From contig NC_043013.1 of NCBI RefSeq assembly GCF_006345805.1, positions 36,208,001 to 36,272,000 of the forward strand: 64,000 nt of DNA, written 5' to 3'. A program made the position numbers and the translations under genes. The notes under the pieces were generated by a model. It saw nothing but the letters and a program-made list of their open reading frames with translations, ran no database searches and was not told the origin of the DNA. Origin of the DNA: Octopus sinensis (taxonomy: Eukaryota). Position 1 is the stretch's first letter. Every line of letters begins with the position of its first letter. Below, one piece after another: positions 14,197 to 27,225 of the stretch.

Positions 14197-14780
14197 TCAT
14201 CATCATCATCATCATTATCATCATCGTTTACCGTCTGTTTCCATGCTAGCATGGGTTGGACGGTTCAACCGGGGCCTGGGAGGCCAGAAGGCTACACCAG
14301 GTTCCAGTCTGATCTGGCAGTGTTTCTACAGCTGGATGCCCTTCCTAACGTCAACCACTCCGTGAGTGTAGTGGGTGCTTTTTACGTGCCACCGGCACAG
14401 GGGCCAGAGGAGGTTGGCAAATGACCACGATCAGTTGGTGCATTTACATGTCGCTGACACGGACACCAGTCAGGTGGCACTGGCAGCTGCCATGTTCAGA
14501 CGCTGCTTTTTACATGTCACTGGTACGGGTATCTTAACTGCAATTTCCATTTGATTTTTACTTTGATGTTGATGTTGATGTAATTGACTCAATAGGTCTC
14601 CTCAAGAACAGCAGGTCACTCTCCGATCCAAAGTTAGCACAGCAGGTCACTCTCCGATCCAAAGTTAGCACAGCAGGCCATCCTGTGAGCATGAACTTAC
14701 TTCATTTGTCAGGACTTCGCAGTCACAGCATATCTCAACGGTCTCGGTCTTCGTCATTTCTTCTGTGAGGCCCTACATGC
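14197..14780 (-). mobile_element. RTE-clade LINE 3' end (last codons, 3' UTR, (ATG)n tail)
   Basis: Minus strand reads GLTEEMTKTET.*RYAV at ~14720-14775, then the 3' UTR shared with other copies; contains a 31-bp tandem duplication at ~14627-14675. Confidence 0.7.
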
Positions 14781-15415
14781 ATAAATGTATATGTACGTAT
14801 TTATAAGTGTGTGTGTGTGTATGTTGATGTATATATATATATATAATTCTTCTTTGGAACAGTGGATCTTGAAGCACACATAAAGCAACATATAATCTCA
14901 CATAAGTATTGGGTTTCCATGAAACTCAAACTCATATGTCCTTTAGACATGACATTGTTAATATGTGTGCATGCGTGTGTGTGTGTGTGTGCATGTGTGT
15001 GTGTGTGTGTGTGGTGTTCATGTATTTGTTTGGTAAGATTCTTGAATTCTTAATGTGAAATCATTTGTTGAAACAGACAGTGTTACATTTGGGACGGTCA
15101 TTTCGCCAATAAACACATGCACACTATTTGGTCTTTACGTCAGGTTTATTGTTATAAGACCTGAAAGAAGGGGAGGGAAAGAGAATACAACCAAATAGTC
15201 ACCGAAGAGGTTACAGAATGTGTGTCACAGGAACTTGGACAAAATAGGCAATAACAAATAATAATAAAGCTGAAATGCAGACTAAAGAGTACATGTGTTA
15301 ATTGGCAAAATGACTGTCCCTAAACATAATATACATACATACACAAACACACACACACATCTGTCTCTCAGTATATAAATATATATATATATACTTGCTG
15401 ATACTGTCATGTATA

Positions 15416-16780
15416 TAGGAGTTGGACAAAATAATGGAAACACCTAGCATTATAGCACCATAATTTTGAAATATCTATAAGACCATCAAAAGCTTGTTTA
15501 CTTTTGTTTTTTGATTTATTATTAGTGTTGCTTAATATGATTTACTAAAATTGCCATTTTTTTTCTTCTTCAGATATCATCAGAAAAAGGTAATTAAAAT
15601 TCATTAAAATGACAGATCTATCAGACTTTCAAAGACGTCAAATTGTTGGTGCTTGTATGGCAGGCACTAGCATAAAGTAAACAGCCAAAATGTTTGGTGT
15701 ATCAAGAAGTACTGTCTCAAAAGTAATGACAGCCCTTGAGAAATAGGGTAAAACCTCTTTGTTGAAAGAAAACTCCAGAAGAAAACCAAAACTTTCAGAT
15801 AGGGACCGTCAAACTCTTACTTGAACTCTTAGAAAGGATCACAAAATTAAAGGTCACAAAATTACTGCAGAGCTTAATGACCACCTCGAGAACCCAGTTT
15901 CCACAAAAACTGTTTGTTGGGAGCTGCACAAAGCTGGATTTCACAGGAGGACTGCAATCAGAAAACCGCTACTTTCAAAAACAAATGTCGCAAAGCATTT
16001 AGAGTGGAATAAAAACTTACAGAATTAGTCCCTAGAGCAATGAAAGAATTCTATTTTCTTGGACAGGTCATCCTTTACCTTATCTCTGACCACTGGCTGA
16101 GTATTCGTGTGGAGACAGCCAAAAGAAGCATTTGACCCAGACTGCCTTCTGACTGTTAAACATGGAGGAGAATCTGTGATGATCTGGGGGGCTATATCTT
16201 GGAAATCCACCAGCCCAATGGTTTCTTTTCATGGCAGAATTAATAGTCAAGACTATTTAAGCATTTTATCTGATCAAATTCTTCCTATGGTTGCGGAACT
16301 GTTTCTTGGAGAGAAACACAATGGTTTCTTTTCATGGCAGAATTAATAGTCAAGACTATTTAAGCATTTTATCTGATCAAATTCTTCCTATGGTTGCGGA
16401 ACTGTTTCTGGAGGGAAACGCAATCTTTCAGGATGATAATGCACCAATTCACACAGCTAAAGTTGTTTACTGAATGACACGAAAAACACTCTAGTGAAGT
16501 TGAACATCTTATCTAGCCACCACAGTTCCCAGATCTCAATATTACTGAACATTTATGGTGCATTTAAGAAAAACAAGTAAGGAGTCGATATCCTCCACCA
16601 TCATCACTCCCTCCAATCACTGGAGACTGTTTTAGCTGAAGATTGAACAAAAATTCCTTTGAAAACTATTCAAACTTTGTACAAGTCCATCCCTTGTAGA
16701 ATTTAAGCTGTAATCACTGCCAAAGGCAGCCCTACTCTATATTAAAATAAATTTGTTTGAAATTTTAAGGTGTTTCCATT
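15416..16780 (+). mobile_element. Tc1/mariner element, DD36E type, right TIR truncated
   Basis: Left end TA|TAGGAGTTGGACAAAATAATGGAAACACCT; right end retains AGGTGTTTCCATT (16768-16780), the reverse complement of AATGGAAACACCT. Confidence 0.9.
15609..16745 (+). pseudogene. Tc1-family transposase pseudogene (stops, frameshifts, 103-bp internal duplication)
   Basis: Translates to MTDLSDFQRRQIVGA..VSKVM..RKPKLSDRDRQ..ITAELNDHLENPVSTKTV..ELHKAG..RKPLL..VWRQPKEAF..TVKHGGESVMIWGAISW..FQDDNAPIHTA..PDLNITEHLW..KGSPTLY*. Confidence 0.93.
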
Positions 16781-19700
16781 TGCTAGAAGAATTTCTGATG
16801 TTCTAAAGAACCTAAATAAGATCGATAATTAAAATAACTATGAATGGCTAAGACTGGCTTACCAAACGAAATTGGTAAGAATGCGAATATTGACTTGGTA
16901 ACAAACTGTAAGGTCTTTGCTTCCTTAAACATTATGTACAAAGTTCATGACAGCTGTCTCAACCGATTCTGCCCAGATCATTATGAGTACAGCAAAATAG
17001 TGTCTGATGAGCAGCCAGGTGAAAAAGAAAGGAGTTGTGCTGAATAAGTTTAGATAAATAAAATTTTGCTTCCTGAAGTAAGAAAATACTGTAGAAACCT
17101 TGGGGGAATATGGCTTCATTGCAGAATGACATTTGATTCTGTTCCTCATTCTTGATGGCAGAAATCTGAGTTTGCCAAAAACGCTGGCTACTTTGGTTGC
17201 TGCCACTGAAAGGCTCATGTGGTTGACAGTTCTCATATTTGTAAATGAACAAGGATTGTTAGTGAGGTTAAAAGTATTTCAAAAGGAATATTCCTAGGCA
17301 ACAATCTGTCTGTACTTCTCTCTTTTTTTTTTACTCTTTTTCTTGTTTCAACCATGCTGGAGCATCGCCTTTAGTTGAGCAAATCGACCCCAGGACTTAT
17401 TCTTTGTAAGCCTAGTACTTATTCTATCAGTCTCTTTTGCCGAACTGCTAAGTTATGAGGATGTCAACACACCAGCATCGGTTGTCAAGCGATGTTAGGG
17501 GAACAAACACAGACACACAAACACAGACACACATACATATGTACGATGGGCTTCTTTCAGTTTCCATCTACAAAATCCACTCACAAGGCTTTGGTCAGCC
17601 CGAGGCTATAGCAGAAGACACTTGCTCCAGGTGCCACACAGTGGGACTGGACCTGGAACCATGTGGTTCGTAAGCAAGCTACTTACCATACAGCCACTCC
17701 TATGCCTATGTTTAATTTTAGTTAGAAATCTAATGTCACGTTTTTTTCTTTTTATAAAAATGCAATTAAGTGTTAATGATGTCAATAATGTTGGTGCAAC
17801 TCATAATTTGTTTAGCAATAATGATAATGATTTCAAATTTTGGCACAGAGCCAGCAATTTAGGGGGAGGGTTAAGTAGATTACATCACCTCATAGTGCTC
17901 AACTAGCACTTATTTTATTGACCCTAATAAGCTAGGGTTTCTTGTAAAAAGAATAGACTAGCTACTGTACACTTTACATTTACGATTTCACTGATGCAAA
18001 AAAAAAAACACAGAACAGCATGCACTACTCTATTCTATGTTCAACATGGAGGAGAATCTGTGATGATCTGGGGGGCTATATCTTGGAAATCCACCAGCCC
18101 AATGGTTTCTTTTCATGGCAGAATTAATAGTCAAGGCTATTTAAGCATTTTATCTGATCAAATTCTTCCTATGGTTGCGGAACTGTTTCTTGGAGAGAAA
18201 CACAATCTTTCAGGATGATAATGCACCAATTCACACAGCTAAAGTTGTTACTGAATGACACGAAAAACACTCTAGTGAAGTTGAACATCTTATCTAGCCA
18301 CCACAGTTCCCAGATCTCAATATTACTGAACATTTATGGTGCATTTAAGAAAAACAAGTAAGGAGTCGATATCCTCCACCATCATCACTCCCTCCAATCA
18401 CTGGAGACTGTTTTAGCTGAAGATTGAACAAAAATTCCTTTGAAAACTATTCAAACTTTGTACAAGTCCATCCCTTGTAGAATTTAAGCTGTAATCACTG
18501 CCAAAGGCAGCCCTACTCTATATTAAAATAAATTTGTTTGAAATTTTAAGGTGTTTCCATTTGCTAGAAGAATTTCTGATGTTCTAAAGAACCTAAATAG
18601 ATCGATAATTAAAATAACTATGAATGGCTAAGACTGGCTTACCAAACGAAATTGGTAAGAATGCGAATATTGACTTGGTAACAAACTGTAAGGTCTTTGC
18701 TTCCTTAAACATTATGTACAAAGTCATGACAGCTGTCTCAACCGATTCTGCCCAGATCATTATGAGTACAGCAAAATAGTGTCTGATGAGCAGCCAGGTG
18801 AAAAAGAAAGGAGTTGTGCTGAATAAGTTTAGATAAATAAAATTTTGCTTCCTGAAGTAAGAAAATACTGTAGAAACCTTGGGGAATATGGCTTCATTGC
18901 AGAATGACATTTGATTCTGTTCCTCATTCTTGATGGCAGAAATCTGAGTTGCCAAAAACGCTGGCTACTTTGGTTGCTGCCACTGAAAGGCTCATGTGGT
19001 TGACAGTTCTCATATTTGTAAATGAACAAGGATTGTTAGTGAGGTTAAAAGTATTTCAAAAGGAATATTCTAGGCAACAATCTGTCTGTACTTCTCTTTT
19101 TTTTTTACTCTTTTTCTTGTTTCAACCATGCTGGAGCATCGCCTTTAGTTGAGCAAATCGACCCCAGGACTTATTCTTTGTAAGCCTAGTACTTATTCTA
19201 TCAGTCTCTTTTGCCGAACTGCTAAGTTATGAGGATGTCAACACACCAGCATCGGTTGTCAAGCGATGTTAGGGGAACACAAACACAGACACACAAACAC
19301 AGACACACATACATATGTACGATGGGCTTCTTTCAGTTTCCATCTACAAAATCCACTCACAAGGCTTTGGTCAGCCCGAGGCTATAGCAGAAGACACTTG
19401 CTCCAGGTGCCACACAGTGGGACTGGACCTGGAACCATGTGGTTCGTAAGCAAGCTACTTACCATACAGCCACCTCCTATGCCTATGTTTAATTTTAGTT
19501 AGAAATCTAATGTCACGTTTTTTTTTTTTATAAAAATGCAATTAAGTGTTAATGATGTCAATAATGTTGGTGCAACTCATAATTTGTTTAGCAATAATGA
19601 TAATGATTTCAAATTTTGGCACAGAGCCAGCAATTTAGGGGGAGGGTTAAGTAGATTACATCACCTCATAGTGCTCAACTAGCACTTATTTTATTGACCC

Positions 19701-20108
19701 TAATAAGCTAGGGTTTCTTGTAAAAAGAATAGACTAGCTACTGTACACTTTACATTTACAATTTCACTGATGCAAAAAAAAAAACACAGAACAGCATGCA
19801 CTACTCTATTCTATGTTCAACATGGAGGAGAATCTGTGATGATCTGGGGGGCTATATCTTGGAAATCCACCAGCCCAATGGTTTCCTTTCATGGCAGAAT
19901 TAATAGTCAAGACTATTTAAGCATTTTATCTGATCAAATTCTTCCTATGGTTGCGGAACTGTTTCTTGGAGAGAAACACAATCTTTCAGGATGATAATGC
20001 ACCAATTCACACAGCTAAAGTTGTTACTGAATGACACGAAAAACACTCTAGTGAAGTTGAACATCTTATCTAGCCACCACAGTCCCCAGATCTCAATATT
20101 ACTGAACA
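16159..20108. repeat. Tandem segmental duplication: A 16159-18042, B 18043-19818, partial C 19819-20108
   Basis: CATGGAGGAG recurs at 16161, 18045 and 19821; A and B align along their whole length, including a SINE-A copy (17325-17706 / 19093-19473). Confidence 0.95.
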
Positions 20109-20289
20109 AAAATATGCATTCAATGCCAAAAGAATTAACTACAGTGTGGACCATAATGAAGCTTTGGGTATACCTGCAAAGTTCGCTAGGCTGAGCGAGT
20201 TCTATTGAACTGAACCAGAATAGTGGTGATGGCTTCTAAATAAATTCTAGAATGGAACGCAGCTGTATTTTTGATGCCATCTCTCTCTC

Positions 20290-20492
20290 TTTTACTCTTT
20301 TACGCTTTTATTTGTTTCAGTCATGTGACTGTGGCCATGCTGGAGCACCACTTTTAGTCAAGCAAATCGATCCCAGGACTTATTCTTTGTAAGCCTAGTA
20401 CTTATTCTATCAGTCTCTTTTGCCGAACCGCTAAGTTACGGGGACGTAAGCACACCAGCATCAGTTGTCAAGCAATGTTGGGGGGACAAACA

Positions 20493-20548
<56 letters not shown>

Positions 20549-20752
20549 GATAGATATATATAGATATAGATATACACACATACATATATATGACGGGCTT
20601 CTTTCAATTTCCATCTCCCAAATCTACTCACAAGGCTTTGGTCGGCCTGAGGCTATAGTAGAAGACATTTGCTCAAGGTGCCACACAGTGGGACTGAACC
20701 TAGAACCATGTGATTGGTAAGCAAGCTACTTACCACACAGCCACTCCTACAC
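20290..20752 (-). mobile_element. SINE family A, full length
   Basis: Aligns to the family consensus; expanded internal (CA)(TA)n. Confidence 0.92.
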
Positions 20753-21509
20753 CTACCGTTTATTTTTTTCTTCCTGTCTTTATCTCAGTACAATACTTGG
20801 AGAACATTCTGTAGCAAGAGGGGGCATCAAACTCAAAATCAGAATAGTGGAAGGCATAACAACAACCAAAATGTTCACAGCGTAAGGACTTATATGCATG
20901 TGTAAAGAAAACTTCACAGAACAGTGATCAGCTGCAGCTTCTGTATCAAAAGCTATAAAAATGACAGAAATTTCTCCGTAGAAAGTCAGGGATCAGCTTG
21001 TTGCTACAACAACCATTGTCATCAATGGCACCATTTTGCAATACACTAAACGTTACAAATATTTCATAATTTACATTTCAAACAGTGTCTTGAAAAGGCA
21101 AAGAACTCATAGTTCAGAGCCAACTTGATTTATTGTTTATAAAAGTATGTGTTGGACTTACTAGATTGCCCTTGATTGTGAAACTTAGGATGAATTTGGT
21201 TTGTCCACATTACTCTGTAAGGAGCATAGGCTGTTTCCTTGTTTCTCTGGCATGTATATTCTCCCCTGGATGGAATGCTAGTCTCTTACAGGATTACTCA
21301 TTTTGGAGCAACATGAAATGAACTGTTTTGTTCAAGAACTCAATGCATAGCCCAGTCCAGGAATTGAAACCCCGATCAGAGTGGTGTGATATTATTGTAA
21401 GATCACTGCTTAGTATTGGGGATACTTGATGATCTGATGTAGCCTTATCCTAGTTACAAAACGTACGCGATTTCAAATCTAGGCCTTGCTACATACATCT
21501 ATGTCCTCA

Positions 21510-21720
21510 ACAGCAATAATCTAGCAACGTGAAATAAGGTGTTTATCAGCGAAACATTGATGTCTGCTCTCGACCTGTTACTATGAAAGTTGAGATCCCT
21601 ACCGGAAACACAGAATGCAACTTGAAACCTATGGCACATATCAAGAAGCAAGGGACAAGACAGAGTGACCATCAAAGAGGTATTTTGAACAGAGACCATC
21701 AGTACTGATGATGTTGCATC
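21510..21720 (+). pseudogene. Old RTE-clade LINE ORF2 fragment (post-RT region)
   Basis: Frameshifted translation ..YYES*DPYRKHRMQLET..LWHISRSKGQDRVTIKEVF resembles the RTE LLYGSESWT.YRKH..QLE.F..LRRI..I.WQDRVTN.EVL motif. Confidence 0.5.
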
Positions 21721-22787
21721 AGAGTTTTCCTTTTCCTACAGAGATGTCTAACCAAAATCTTAGACAAGGGGGTTTGGTCTCTCACTCTAAGCTGTTAGAT
21801 GGCTGTTGATGCCACGGAGTTCATCCACTCTTCAAAAGATTTTTGTTTTCGTCCTGCAAGGTGTCAATTGAAAACTATCCTCATTACCAAACAGTCTTGG
21901 GTAGGTTTGTTGGTTTAGTTGCCAACGACCCAGCCATGCGAGAAGTATTACTGGGTCAATTGTTACCTGTAGTACTAAACATCACACACACACACACACA
22001 CACACATATGGCAATGATGACCATGATGATGAAGAGGAGGTGGAAAATGATAACAGTGGTGATGACAAGGATGATACTGCCACTGCCGATGATGATGAAA
22101 ATGGTTTCAAATTTTGGCACAGGGTCAGCATTTTTTGAAGGGTGGGAAGAAGTCGATTACAAACATACATACATTCATACATACATACAGACAGGCAGAC
22201 AGACAGATAGGTTGAGGAACAGATAGACAGACAAGCAGACAGACGTATGTAGCATATATATTAAGTACATTAAGAGAAAATAAATATAAATATTTAGATA
22301 CAAAATAGTGAAAAAGTCAAATTAATGACGAGGCCTTTATGTTTACGCGTATGTTCATTTAATATATACTTAAAAAGTTTTACTTCATTATCATAACTGT
22401 CTCACTTTCTCTCTCTCTCTCTCTCTCTCAAACACACACACACACGCACACACACAAACACAAACATACAAACAAACAAACAAACAAACAATAACGCTTA
22501 TAGAAACATTCACGTACACATACATACAAACACACAAACACACACACAAGCGCATTAATCATACAAATACACGCTTGTATGAACAAAATCTGAAATAAAC
22601 TCATACTTGAAAACACGTATTCATATGAACATACTAACGCACAAAATTTTCCTTTCATTTACAAATGAATTCCACTATTTATTGGTATATAAATGAAACC
22701 TACAAAGAATTTTAGCCCTAAAGCAAAAACCATTCACGCATACACCCATACACATAAACACATTTATATGTATATATACATACATAT

Positions 22788-22861
<74 letters not shown>

Positions 22862-23172
22862 AAATATATATATATAATACACATACACGCAAACGCTGGT
22901 ACAAACATAACGATAATAATTAAATCAAAGAAAATTATTAAAACAGATACACACACATAAAGCGTGCACACGCACACATACAAATATACTCGCATGCACA
23001 TAAAATTCACGTATGTATTCACACACATTCACACACAAATACCCGTGCACCACACAGATATAGACATAACAATAATAATTAAATCAAAGAAAGAAAATTA
23101 TGTTAACCATTTCATGTATATGTGAATATAAACACACACACACATATGTATATATACATATATATATGTATG

Positions 23173-23204
<32 letters not shown>

Positions 23205-23489
23205 AGCAAACATGAAATTAATACAGAACTAAATATTAAATGCTGTCATTCTTTTTATTTCATTGGTGTTTGGAAAATTATTTTACAAAAATTATTCAAA
23301 ACATTTTCCAAGAGTCTGAAATCAAACTAGATAAAAATAATTTTGATGATGACGACGACGACGATGATGAAGAGAAGGAAGAAGCAGAAAATGATAACGG
23401 TGATGACGACAATGATACCATCGCCGCCGCCACTGATGACAACGACGACGATGATGTGTAGGATGCTGATGACAATGACGATGATAACG

Positions 23490-23702
23490 GTTTCAAATTT
23501 TGGCACAGGGCCAGGAATTTTTGAATGAAGATGGTAAATCAATTACATCGAACCCAATACTGTATTGGTATCTGTTTTATCAACCCCAAAAGGAACAAGC
23601 GCGAAGTCGACCTCGGCGGAATTTGAACTCAGAACGTAAAGACAGAGAAGTGCTGCAAAGCATTTTGCCCAGCGCAGTAGCAATTCCGCCAGCTCACCAC
23701 TT
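23490..23702 (-). mobile_element. SINE family B
   Basis: TGGCACAGGGCCAGGAATTT..GAAGTCGACCTCGGCGGAATTTGAACTCAGAACG..TTCCGCCAGCTCACC. Further minus copies at ~25315-25522, 26805-27007, 43180-43385, 47215-47382, 48240-48452 and 61063-61276. Confidence 0.85.
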
Positions 23703-24084
23703 TAGGAAACCATGATGACAATTATAATCTTCCTGAAAAACTCTTGGTAGAATTTTCCCATGTGGACTTATATCTCAGGTAAGTTTTGTTGACCAGTTAA
23801 AAAATTCCACCCAGAATATGGTTCCGCAACAAAAATTGTGGAAAACTCTATTGGAATCTGACTGCACTATGTGACAAACTTATTTCAAGTACAACTACAG
23901 CCATATCTTCTGACTTCAAAATATGTAGTCCAATGCTACAACAGAATTCCCCTGCATTGTTTGTTATCGTCTAATTGAGACAATAAATGAAGATTGAAGT
24001 CAAATCAATTCACAAAATTCTACGTAAAACATAATGTTTAGAAATTTGTTAGCAAGAGTGGCTGTGTGGTAACTAGGCACAGAA

Positions 24085-24670
24085 GTTTTTCAATTAGAAA
24101 ATGCTCCGCTTTGCACCCTGCATCTTCACATTCCTCGAAGAGGTTTTCGTAACGGTCGATCTTTTGAGCCTGAGTGGCATCCATGTTAACTTCAAGAGGA
24201 ACTGTTAACTCAACCAGATTTACCACTTTCTTTCTTTCACACCATAGGGTAATACTTGGTTTCTTCATAACAGGATTGGGAAAGAACCCTCAGCATCCTG
24301 GTAAATCTGCAGCCACCTCCCAATTCGCTGTTCCACTTTTCATCGCTCACAGGAAGCTTCTTCTTCTCCTCCTCCTCCCCCTCCCCCTCCTCCCCTTCTT
24401 CTTCTTCTTCTTCTTCTTCTTCTTCTTCTCTTCTTCTTCTCTCTTCTTCTTCTTCTTCTTCTTCTCTCTTCTTCTTCTTCTCTTCTTCTTCTTCTTCTTC
24501 TTCTTCTTCTTCTTCTTCTTCTTTCTTCTTCTTCTTCTTCTTCTTCTTCTTCTTCTTCTTCTTCTTCTTCTTTCTTCTTCTTCTTCTTCTTCTAATGATC
24601 AACTGTCCTGAATGCACGAAGGTAATGAAATCTCTGGTTGGTTCTTTCAGTGGTTTTGAGAATATTTTGA
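24085..24670 (-). pseudogene. Non-LTR retrotransposon (Hero-like) restriction-like endonuclease fragment, split by (TTC)n
   Basis: ITFVHSGQ..[TTC tract]..ANWEVAADLPG..KPSITLWCERKKVVNLVELTVPLEVNMDATQAQKIDRYENLFEECEDAGCKAEHFLIE matches the RLE motif RPDIVLWS..K.V.LIELTVPWE..K..KY. Confidence 0.8.
24358..24593. repeat. (TTC)n microsatellite
   Basis: Direct inspection. Confidence 0.97.
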
Positions 24671-25884
24671 TACATGTTTTCTATGATTCGACCTCTCTTC
24701 CCACAGAGCATCAACTTTGTGGGGGAATAATTGAACTGGACTGAAGGGAAAATTTACTCCTTTGATATTACAATGGGTAATATCTCAAAGCATCAATTTG
24801 TTAGTTCCACAGATGTAGTGATTTTGACTGTCACTGTTTCAGACAAATAAATAAAAGGTGGCAGAAAAGAATCTTAAGAAGAGTCCAGGCAATCTTTCAG
24901 TGTGGTATATTATCAAGTAGATGGCATCTGCAGAACAATAGCAAAAATATACATTAACAAAACGTCCAAATGGGAAGAGAAATTTTTCTTGCAAGTCAAG
25001 ACTAAAATCTTCAAGAAACATTGTGGGGCATTGTTTTATTGGAAAAGAAAACAGTCCGTTGGATGTGTTAATCTTCTGTTAGCCTATCATTGCTATCAGC
25101 CTTTAGATGATGCATGGTTGTCAAAATTTATGAATTTGTATGAAGAGAGGAGATAGAGGTCAGTGGTATAAAAATTTTTGATTTGGGAAGCTATTTTCCT
25201 ATATTTATCTCTCAAATAAGCATATCTTTTGTCCATATCCCATTCAAATATTACTTAAACCATTGTTATTCCAGCTGTTGCTTTCTTTTTCAGACTTGTA
25301 AACTGGTTTTAAATTTTAGCACAAAGCCAGCAATTTCAGGAGAGAGAGTAAGTCAATTTCACCAACTCCAGTGCTTAACTAATACCGATTTTATAGACCC
25401 TGAAAGGGTGAAAGGCAACCTCAGCCTCGGCAGAATTTGAACTCAAAAACATGTAATGATGAACAAAATGCTGCTAAGCATTTTGCTTGGCCTTGCTAAT
25501 GATTCTGTCACCACGCCACCTTTACATAGTAAATATCATATTAACAAAATGACATTTAAATCTCTAACAAACAGCTGGAATTAATAATAACGATGTTTCT
25601 AAGTAATATTTGAATGGCACATGGATAAAAGATATGTTTATTTGATTGATAAATGTAGGAAAAAAACTTCCCATATCTGCTGTCATTTACTGTGCTACTG
25701 TCTGCATTGCAACCCTCCACAATAGAAGGAATATATTTCTAAAGAGCAGGCTTTATTGCATGTGGAACAGCTTTCATTTTAGATGTGTTTGGTAAAGGTG
25801 AACTAAAGTTAAACAGCAGCATGAAGTCGATTTCTGCAATGATGAATTCAAGGGCCACCATCTGCTCTTTAAACCTTTATATCT

Positions 25885-26380
25885 ACTCTTACTCTTTTTA
25901 CGCTTTTATTTGTTTCAGTCATTTGACTTCAGCCATGCTGGAGCACCACCTTTAGTCGAGCAAATCGACCCCAGGACTTATTCTTTGTAAGCCAAGTACT
26001 TATTCTATCGGTCTGGAGCACCGCCTTTAGTCGAGCAAATCGATCCCAGGACTTATTCTTTGTAAGCCTAGTACTTATTCTATTGGTCTTTTTTGCCGAA
26101 CCACTAAGTTACAGGGACATAAGGACACCAGCATTGGTTGTCAAGTTATGTTGGGGGGACAAACACAGACACACAAACAAATAGACACACATACATATAT
26201 ATATATATATATACATACATATATACGACAGGCTTCTTTCAGTTTCCATCTACCAAATCCACTCACAAGGCTTTGGTCAGACTGAGGCTATAGTAGAAGA
26301 CACTTGCCCAAGATGCCATGCAGTGGGAATGAACCCAGAACCATGTGATTGGTAAGCAAGCTACTTACCACACAGCCATT
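25885..26380 (-). mobile_element. SINE family A with a 75-bp internal tandem duplication
   Basis: GGAGCACC.CCTTTAGTCGAGC..TATTCTAT.GGTCT occurs twice (GAGCA at 25941 and 26016). Confidence 0.9.
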
Positions 26381-27225
26381 CAAACAATTTTCTGATATTT
26401 TCTCCTTGCAAAACCAGCTGATTTCCCTCTACATTCCACATTATATATGGCACCGTTAGAATAATTCCATTGGTTGTCACCTTTCAAATTATTATGGATA
26501 GATTCAAGCCAACTGCTATTTTCAAATTCCTGTAGTTCACCATATAAATTAAGGTCTTTTTTTTTTAATAGTGTTTATCTTTTAAAAAAATCTCTGCAAC
26601 AATGTAAAATTACCTAAAACCACAAGTTTCTACGTACTTGCTCAATTTATTAGAAATAGCATGCAGAATTTTCTTTAAAGCACATGACTCATCCAGCCGT
26701 CTTAACAAAAGTAGTGGGCATTGGTGAGACCAGCACATAATGAATAGTGTAGCTCTAGATATACTGTCTGGATGAAAGGTAAGAATATATACTGGCCTCA
26801 GATTTTAGAACAAGGGCAGCAATTTGGGGGTTGAGGGCAAGTCGATTAAATCAACCCCAGTGCACAACTGGTACTCATTTTATCGATCATGAAAGGATGA
26901 AAGGCGAAGCTGCTCTCAGAAGAATTTGAACTCAGAACATAAAGACGGATGAAATGCTGCTAAGCATCTTGACTGGCATGCTAACAATTCTGCCAGCTTG
27001 CTGCCTTAAAAACAAAGGTATATATTATCATGGGATCACCTTTTGTTGTATATCTGTTTGATTAAAGTTAATTAAGGTTGTTGTGAAGATGTGTAGCTTA
27101 AGGGTTAGGATATTTGGCTAATGAATATGCACTGTCTCCTTGAGCAAGACACTTTATTTCACCTTGCACCAGTCTGCTCAACTGGCAAAAATGAATCGTA
27201 CTTGTAATTCTAAAGGTCAGCCTTT

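Noticed and set aside
15090-15190. Strong minus-strand splice acceptor at 15161
   Set aside because: All three frames close within 13 codons; could be a terminal, UTR or micro-exon, but there is no supporting partner exon.
16781-17320. Possible hAT/Buster transposase relic (ARRISD, STD, LHC) or a GPCR-like minus-strand ORF
   Set aside because: Motif spacing does not fit hAT, and A/B copies differ by frameshifts; no convincing family signature.
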